From: an uncultured delta proteobacterium
GTDB lineage: Bacteria > Myxococcota_A > Polyangia > Polyangiales > B10-G4
Assembly: GCA_963727445.1 (NCBI GenBank)
Contig: CAVSGI010000013.1
Coordinates: 352,001-416,000, forward strand
Length of the DNA: 64,000 nucleotides
Direction of reading: 5' to 3'
The notes under the pieces were generated by a model that was given only the letters and a program-made list of their open reading frames with translations, did not search any database and had not been told where the DNA came from. Shown piece by piece: positions 59,010-64,000 of the stretch (within the stretch, counting starts at the first letter, position 1; each line of letters opens with the position of its first letter). The translations under genes and the position numbers were made by a program.

Positions 59010-60407
59010 TTAGCGCGCGACCGCTTCCGACAGGGCCGTGGTGAGGGCGTCCAGATCCGATTCGCCGGTGCGATAGCTGGTGATGCAGGCCCTGAGCGCG
59101 CGGGTGCCGTCCGGCAGGGTGACGGTGGAGATCCAGGCCCGGCCCGACTCCACCACCGCCCGGGCAACCGGCGCTGGATCGCTCGCCTCCGGATGGGTGA
59201 AGCAGACCAGCGGCAACGGCGTGTCGTTCACCACGACGAAGCCGCGCGAAAGCAGCCGCCCGCGCAGCGCGTCACCCATGCGCGTCTGATGCTCGACCAT
59301 GGCGGCATAGCCGCGGGCACCGCGGGTGGCGAGGGCGGCCAGGACCGGAACCCCGATGGCGCGACGGCTCCACTGGAGCGAGCTTCGATGCGGGTCGGGT
59401 GCGCCCTCGGACGCGCGCGGCATGTACCCGCTCTCCACGGCGAAGGCGTGCGGCAGCGCCTCTGGATGTCGGCAGAGGAGCGCGCCCGCGCCCATCGGAG
59501 TCGACAGCCACTTGTGCGCATCCCAGGTGACCGTATCCGCTGCCTCGATGCCCCGCAGGTGCTCGCGGAGCGCGTCGGACAGCAGCGCGCCCCCGCCCCA
59601 CGCCGCGTCGCAATGAAACCACAGCCCGTGCGCCTGGCAGAGCGCCGCGATCTTCTCGAGCGGGTCGATGGCCCCGCTGGCGGTCGTCCCTGCGGTCCCA
59701 ACCACGAGAAAAGGTGTGTCGCCCGCGCGCCGATCGGCATCGATCATCGCGGCGAGCGCAGAAGGGCGCATGCGATGGCCCTCGTCGCTCGCCACCCGGC
59801 GCACGCTCCGTTCACCGAGGCCGACGACGCGCGCGGCCTTCACCAGCGAGTCGTGCCCCTCGGCGCCGACGTAGAAGAGCGGTCGGGCGTCGAGACCGAG
59901 GACCCCCTCCTCGCGCCACCCTTCGAAGCGATGGGCCAGCGCGACGACCAGCGCGCTCAGGTTGGCTTCCTGACCGCCCGAGGCGAAGTGCCCCTCGGCG
60001 CCGCCCTCACCAAAGCCGCTCCAGCCGATGCGTGAGCACAAGAAGGCGAGCGCGCGACGCTCCATGGCGATGGCGCCCGGCGCATGACTGAAGACCGCTT
60101 CCTGCGGGTTGTAGGCCGCGACCAGCGCCGCCGCCGCGACGCTCTCCGGGACCACCGATGGGTTGAAGAGACCGAAGTAACGCGGGTGGGTCACGTGCAC
60201 CGCGAAGCGACGGAGAAGATCCTCCACCTGGCGGAGCACGGCATCCGCGGGGGCGCCCGCCGCCAGATCGAAGCGCGCCTCCGCCTGGGCCAGCGCGGCC
60301 GAGGGGGCGACCTTGGCGCTGACCGCGCCGCGATCGACGCGCTCCGCGACGTGATCGGCGAAGGCGAGGAGCTGGGCGTGATGGGCCCGCGCGGCGGGTT
60401 GGGTCAT
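59010..60407 (-). CDS. Group II PLP-dependent amino acid decarboxylase
   Basis: HPRYFG, SGGQEAN, TAGTTASGAIDPL, HCDAAWGG, DAHKWL. Confidence 0.92.
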   Translation of the reverse strand: MTQPAARAHHAQLLAFADHVAERVDRGAVSAKVAPSAALAQAEARFDLAAGAPADAVLRQVEDLLRRFAVHVTHPRYFGLFNPSVVPESVAAAALVAAYNPQEAVFSHAPGAIAMERRALAFLCSRIGWSGFGEGGAEGHFASGGQEANLSALVVALAHRFEGWREEGVLGLDARPLFYVGAEGHDSLVKAARVVGLGERSVRRVASDEGHRMRPSALAAMIDADRRAGDTPFLVVGTAGTTASGAIDPLEKIAALCQAHGLWFHCDAAWGGGALLSDALREHLRGIEAADTVTWDAHKWLSTPMGAGALLCRHPEALPHAFAVESGYMPRASEGAPDPHRSSLQWSRRAIGVPVLAALATRGARGYAAMVEHQTRMGDALRGRLLSRGFVVVNDTPLPLVCFTHPEASDPAPVARAVVESGRAWISTVTLPDGTRALRACITSYRTGESDLDALTTALSEAVAR

Positions 60408-60444
60408 TCGACGAGCATAAGGCAGGCGGCTACCCTCCCGCGCC

Positions 60445-60789
60445 ATGAGCCGATCACCCATCACCACTCACGTCCTCGACACCGCCACCGGCGCGCCCGC
60501 GAGGGGGATCCGCATCACCTGCGACAAGATGAAAGGCGACGCCTTCGAGGAGCTGGCCTCGGGCGTGACCGACGCCGACGGTCGCATCACCGATCTCCTC
60601 TCACCGAAAAGCCTGGAGTCGGGCACGTACCGCATGACCTTTCACGTCGGCGCGTATCACGAAAGCAAGGGCGTCAAAGGCTTCTACCCCGAGGTCGCGG
60701 TCGTCTTCGAAATCGAGCAGACCGACGAGCATTACCACGTACCTCTGCTATTGAGCCCTTTCGGTTACTCGACCTACCGCGGGAGCTGA
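60445..60789 (+). CDS. uraH: 5-hydroxyisourate hydrolase
   Basis: ITTHVLDT, HYHVPLLLSPFGYSTYRGS signature. Confidence 0.96.
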   Translation: MSRSPITTHVLDTATGAPARGIRITCDKMKGDAFEELASGVTDADGRITDLLSPKSLESGTYRMTFHVGAYHESKGVKGFYPEVAVVFEIEQTDEHYHVPLLLSPFGYSTYRGS

Positions 60790-60792
60790 AAG

Positions 60793-62148
60793 ATGAGCGA
60801 GCGAAAGAGCACCCTTCGTGACGACTGCGCCGATGCGGTCGCGGCGCTATCGAAAGCGAACCAGGCCTTCGCCCAGAACTATCCCGGCGATCGCCCCGAC
60901 CGGCAGCCGGTCCACACGGTCTACGGCGGCGCACACCTCTTCAAGGCGACCACGCCGAAGAAGCTCGGCGAGCTCGCGCTCCGGAGCCTCGACACCTACG
61001 CCCCCGACGCCGAGACCTTCGCGGGCGCGGTAGGCATCGAAGACGCCGCGCTCGGGCACAAGGTCTACGAGCGCGTGCGCAGCAAGCTCGAGCACGAGGC
61101 CGTCGAAGACTTCCGCATCGACTTCGAGGACGGCTACGGCAACCGGCCGGACGCCGAAGAGGACGAGACGGCGGTCAACGCCGCGAAGGAGGTCGCGAAG
61201 GGGATGAAGGAGCAGAGCCTCTCGCCCTTCATCGGCATTCGCATCAAGCCGCTCAACGCCGAGCTCGAGAAGCGCTCGATCCGCACCCTCGACCTCTTCC
61301 TGTCGACGCTCGCCGAAGAGACGGGTGGCGCGCTCCCCGACAACTTCGTCGTCACCCTGCCGAAGGTGCAGGTGGTGGCGCAGGTCGAGGCGCTGGTGCG
61401 GCTCTTCGAGAGCCTCGAAAAGCGGCTCGGCATGACGCCGGGCTCGCTCCGCATGGAGACCATGGTCGAGCTGACGCAGTCGATCATCGGCCCGGACGGC
61501 TACTCGCCGCTGCCAGGCTACGTGAAGGCGGCCGAAGGGCGTCTCTCGGCCGCGCACTTCGGCACCTACGACTACACCGCCAGCTGCAACATCACGGCGG
61601 CCTATCAGCGCGTCACTCACCCCGCCTGCGACTTCGCGCTCCACGTCATGAAGAACTCCTTCGCCGGGACGGGCGTCTGGCTCTCCGACGGCGCGACCAC
61701 CGTGATGCCGGTGCCCGCGCACCGCGTGCCCAAGGGCGAGGTGCTCACCGGATCGCAGAAGGCCGAGAACCAGCAGGCCGTCTTCGCTGCGTGGAAGCTC
61801 GCTTATGACAACGTTCGCCACGCTCTCGAAAACGGGATCTACCAGGGCTGGGACCTGCACCCGGCCCAGCTGCCGATCCGCTACGCCGCCACCTTCGCCT
61901 TCTTCCTCGAAGGCTTCGACGCGGCGGCCCTCCGGCTCCGCAACTTCGTCGACAAGGCCGCCCAGGCGACCCTCGTCGGCGACGTCTTCGACGACGCAGC
62001 GACCGGCCAGGGGCTGATCAACTACTTCCTCCGCGGCCTGTCGAGCGGCTGCGTCTCGCTCGACGAGCTCGAGACGACCGGGCTCAGCCAGGCCGAGATC
62101 GAGACCCGCTCCTTCGTGAAGATCCTCGCGGGCCGCTCGAAGAGCTGA
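60793..62148 (+). CDS. HpcH/HpaI aldolase-citrate lyase/malate synthase-like protein (DUF6986 type)
   Basis: RQPVHTVYGG, DFRIDFEDGYG, VTLPKV, HFGTYDY, LSDGAT, QGWDLHPAQL. Confidence 0.8.
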   Translation: MSERKSTLRDDCADAVAALSKANQAFAQNYPGDRPDRQPVHTVYGGAHLFKATTPKKLGELALRSLDTYAPDAETFAGAVGIEDAALGHKVYERVRSKLEHEAVEDFRIDFEDGYGNRPDAEEDETAVNAAKEVAKGMKEQSLSPFIGIRIKPLNAELEKRSIRTLDLFLSTLAEETGGALPDNFVVTLPKVQVVAQVEALVRLFESLEKRLGMTPGSLRMETMVELTQSIIGPDGYSPLPGYVKAAEGRLSAAHFGTYDYTASCNITAAYQRVTHPACDFALHVMKNSFAGTGVWLSDGATTVMPVPAHRVPKGEVLTGSQKAENQQAVFAAWKLAYDNVRHALENGIYQGWDLHPAQLPIRYAATFAFFLEGFDAAALRLRNFVDKAAQATLVGDVFDDAATGQGLINYFLRGLSSGCVSLDELETTGLSQAEIETRSFVKILAGRSKS

Positions 62149-62152
62149 GGCG

Positions 62153-63169
62153 TCAGCCCTTCTCGGCGCGCCGAATGCCGAGGTTGACGATGCGCTGGAT
62201 CAGCTTGGGGTAGGGCAGGCCCGCGGCGGCCGAGGCGCCGGCGAACTCCTCGCCGTCGCCGATGTCCGGGTTGGGGTTCGCTTCGAGGAAGTAGAGCTCA
62301 CCTTCCTCGCTGAGCCGGTAATCGATGCGGACGTATCCGTCGACGCCGAGCGCGCGCACGATCCGGCGCGAGAGCCGGTCGACCTTCCGCTGGAGCTCGG
62401 CGGGGATCTTCGCCTTGCCGAGCTCGATGGCGTACTTCTTCTGGTACTCGAGGTCCCACTTCACCTTCCTGGTGGCGATGCGAGGCGCGTCCTCGGGGAG
62501 CTTGTCGAGCATGATCTCCCAGGTCGGCATGACCTGGAGCCGGTGGTTGCCGAGGACCGCGGAGTAGAGCTCGCGCCCGTCGATGTACTGCTCGGCCACG
62601 GCGTCGGTCCGGATGGTCTCGTGGATGAAGCCGACGCGCTTCTCGAGCTCCTTGTCGTTGGTGACCAGCGACCTCTGCGCGATCCCGTAGCTGCCCTCTT
62701 CGATGAGCGACTTCACGATGAGCGGAAAGCCGAGCGCCTTGGGCCGGTGGATCTTCCGGTGGCGCGGAAAGACCGCGAAGCGCGGCACTGGGATCCGGTG
62801 ATAGGTCAGGATCTTCTTCGACAGCGCCTTGTCCCGCGCGAGCGTCAGGCCGCGCGGGTTACAGCCCGTGTAGGCGGCGCCGCGCAGCTCCATGAAGCCC
62901 ACCACGTGCGCGTCGTAGATCGCCTGCTCGCGAAACTCCTCGAGCAGATTGAAGACCACGTGGGGATCGAACCAGGCGAGCGCGTTGCGGAGCGGCACCA
63001 GCTCGTCGCTCAGGCCCACCACCTGCACCTCGTGCCCGAGCCCGCGCAGCGCCCGGATCACGTCGAGCTCGGTCTGGAAGTCCGCTCGCTCCGCCTCGGG
63101 CAGCTTCTCCGCTCCCTCGGGTGGAACCAGGCTCTCGTGAGCCAGCACGACCACGCGCAGGCGCTTCAT
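62153..63169 (-). CDS. D-alanine-D-alanine ligase-like ATP-grasp protein
   Basis: VVFNLLE, DKALSKKIL, FPLIVKS, EQYIDGREL, RIDYRL, LEANPNP. Confidence 0.88.
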   Translation of the reverse strand: MKRLRVVVLAHESLVPPEGAEKLPEAERADFQTELDVIRALRGLGHEVQVVGLSDELVPLRNALAWFDPHVVFNLLEEFREQAIYDAHVVGFMELRGAAYTGCNPRGLTLARDKALSKKILTYHRIPVPRFAVFPRHRKIHRPKALGFPLIVKSLIEEGSYGIAQRSLVTNDKELEKRVGFIHETIRTDAVAEQYIDGRELYSAVLGNHRLQVMPTWEIMLDKLPEDAPRIATRKVKWDLEYQKKYAIELGKAKIPAELQRKVDRLSRRIVRALGVDGYVRIDYRLSEEGELYFLEANPNPDIGDGEEFAGASAAAGLPYPKLIQRIVNLGIRRAEKG

Positions 63170-63227
63170 CGAGGGACGAAGTTACAGCCCGGGGATCGAA
63201 CGCGGAAGAAAACGACCGAAAGCGCGC

Positions 63228-63977
63228 CTAGGCGGCCACCGTGACGACGATCGGCTTCGAGCGCGTGATGATCATCGTGTGCTCGTACTGGGCGGAGCGT
63301 TGGCCTGGCGCGTTCATCAGCGTCCATCCGTCGGCGGCTTCCACGACGTGGGGCGGGCCGGTGGTCAAGAAGGGCTCGATGGTGATCACCTGGCCCTCCC
63401 GGAGGCGGCGGCGGTCGAGGCGCTCGTAGTAGCCGTAGATGTGCGCGGGCTCCTCGTGAAGGGCGCGGCCGACGCCGTGACTGCAGAGGTCGCGGATGAC
63501 GCCGAAGCCCGCCTTCTTCGCGCGCCGCTCGATGGCGCGGCCGATCCGGTTCAGGGGCGCGCCCGCGCGCGCCTCCTTCATCGCGTCCTCGAGGGCGCGG
63601 CGGGTCGACATGCAGAGCTTGCGGGTCCGCGGGGAATAGGGCGGCACCTCGAAGGTGCCGCCGGTATCCGCGAAGTAGCCATGGAGGCAGGCGGAGACGT
63701 CGATGTTCACCAGATCGCCCGCCTCGATGACCCGGTCGCCCGGGATCCCATGCGCGACCTCGTCCCCCACGCTGATGCAGGTCGCCCCCGGAAAATCGTA
63801 GGTCACCTGCGGCGCGGACTCGGCGCCGTGGCGCTCTAGGTACGCGGCGCCGATGGCATCGAGCTCGCGGGTGGTCATCCCCGGCTCGAGCGCCGCACCC
63901 ATCTCCTGCATGCAGCTGGCGACGATGCGCCCGATGCGCTTGAGGGCTTCGACGTCGTCTTCGTTCTCGATGGTCAC
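63228..63977 (-). CDS. map: Methionine aminopeptidase, type I
   Basis: CISVGDEVAHGIP, NIDVS, DTG, HGVGRALHEEP, TIEPF, AQYEHT. Confidence 0.96.
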   Translation of the reverse strand: MTIENEDDVEALKRIGRIVASCMQEMGAALEPGMTTRELDAIGAAYLERHGAESAPQVTYDFPGATCISVGDEVAHGIPGDRVIEAGDLVNIDVSACLHGYFADTGGTFEVPPYSPRTRKLCMSTRRALEDAMKEARAGAPLNRIGRAIERRAKKAGFGVIRDLCSHGVGRALHEEPAHIYGYYERLDRRRLREGQVITIEPFLTTGPPHVVEAADGWTLMNAPGQRSAQYEHTMIITRSKPIVVTVAA

Positions 63978-64000
63978 GACGCTCAGGATAGCGTCAGAGG

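Noticed and set aside
62153..63169. Calling this gene ddl
   Set aside because: It lacks the N-terminal GGxSxE motif of true D-Ala-D-Ala ligases and has no cell-wall gene context; reported only as Ddl-like.

Overview
GC-rich bacterial window whose gene repertoire (Cys-rich and DA/DM-linker lipoproteins, Ser/Thr kinase-PEGA/TPR cassettes, a MYXO-CTERM-like tail) points to a myxobacterium of the Polyangia/Sandaracinaceae type (inference). Bases 1-3592 are the right end of an integrated element: an excisionase-like HTH and tyrosine integrase, cargo remnants, and a tRNA-Gly 3' fragment as att site. The rest is about 50 chromosomal genes. Best candidate for an undescribed system: a cobalamin-dependent radical SAM enzyme (26280-28544) fused in frame to an internal lipoprotein signal peptide, four VVDP(V/P)P repeats and a small beta-rich domain, i.e. 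an enzyme that may carry its own exportable substrate. Other patterns: all three (G/D)KADG-motif exported proteins have a sigma54-type promoter directly upstream; a TAnnnT box sits 6-9 nt before at least 16 start codons (leaderless transcription); a kinase/TPR-PEGA/lipoprotein cassette recurs; and there is a tandem double radical SAM. At least nine genes are broken by single-base frameshifts, probably consensus errors, so fusions and splits need read-level checking. All calls come from motif recognition by eye; no database search was run.
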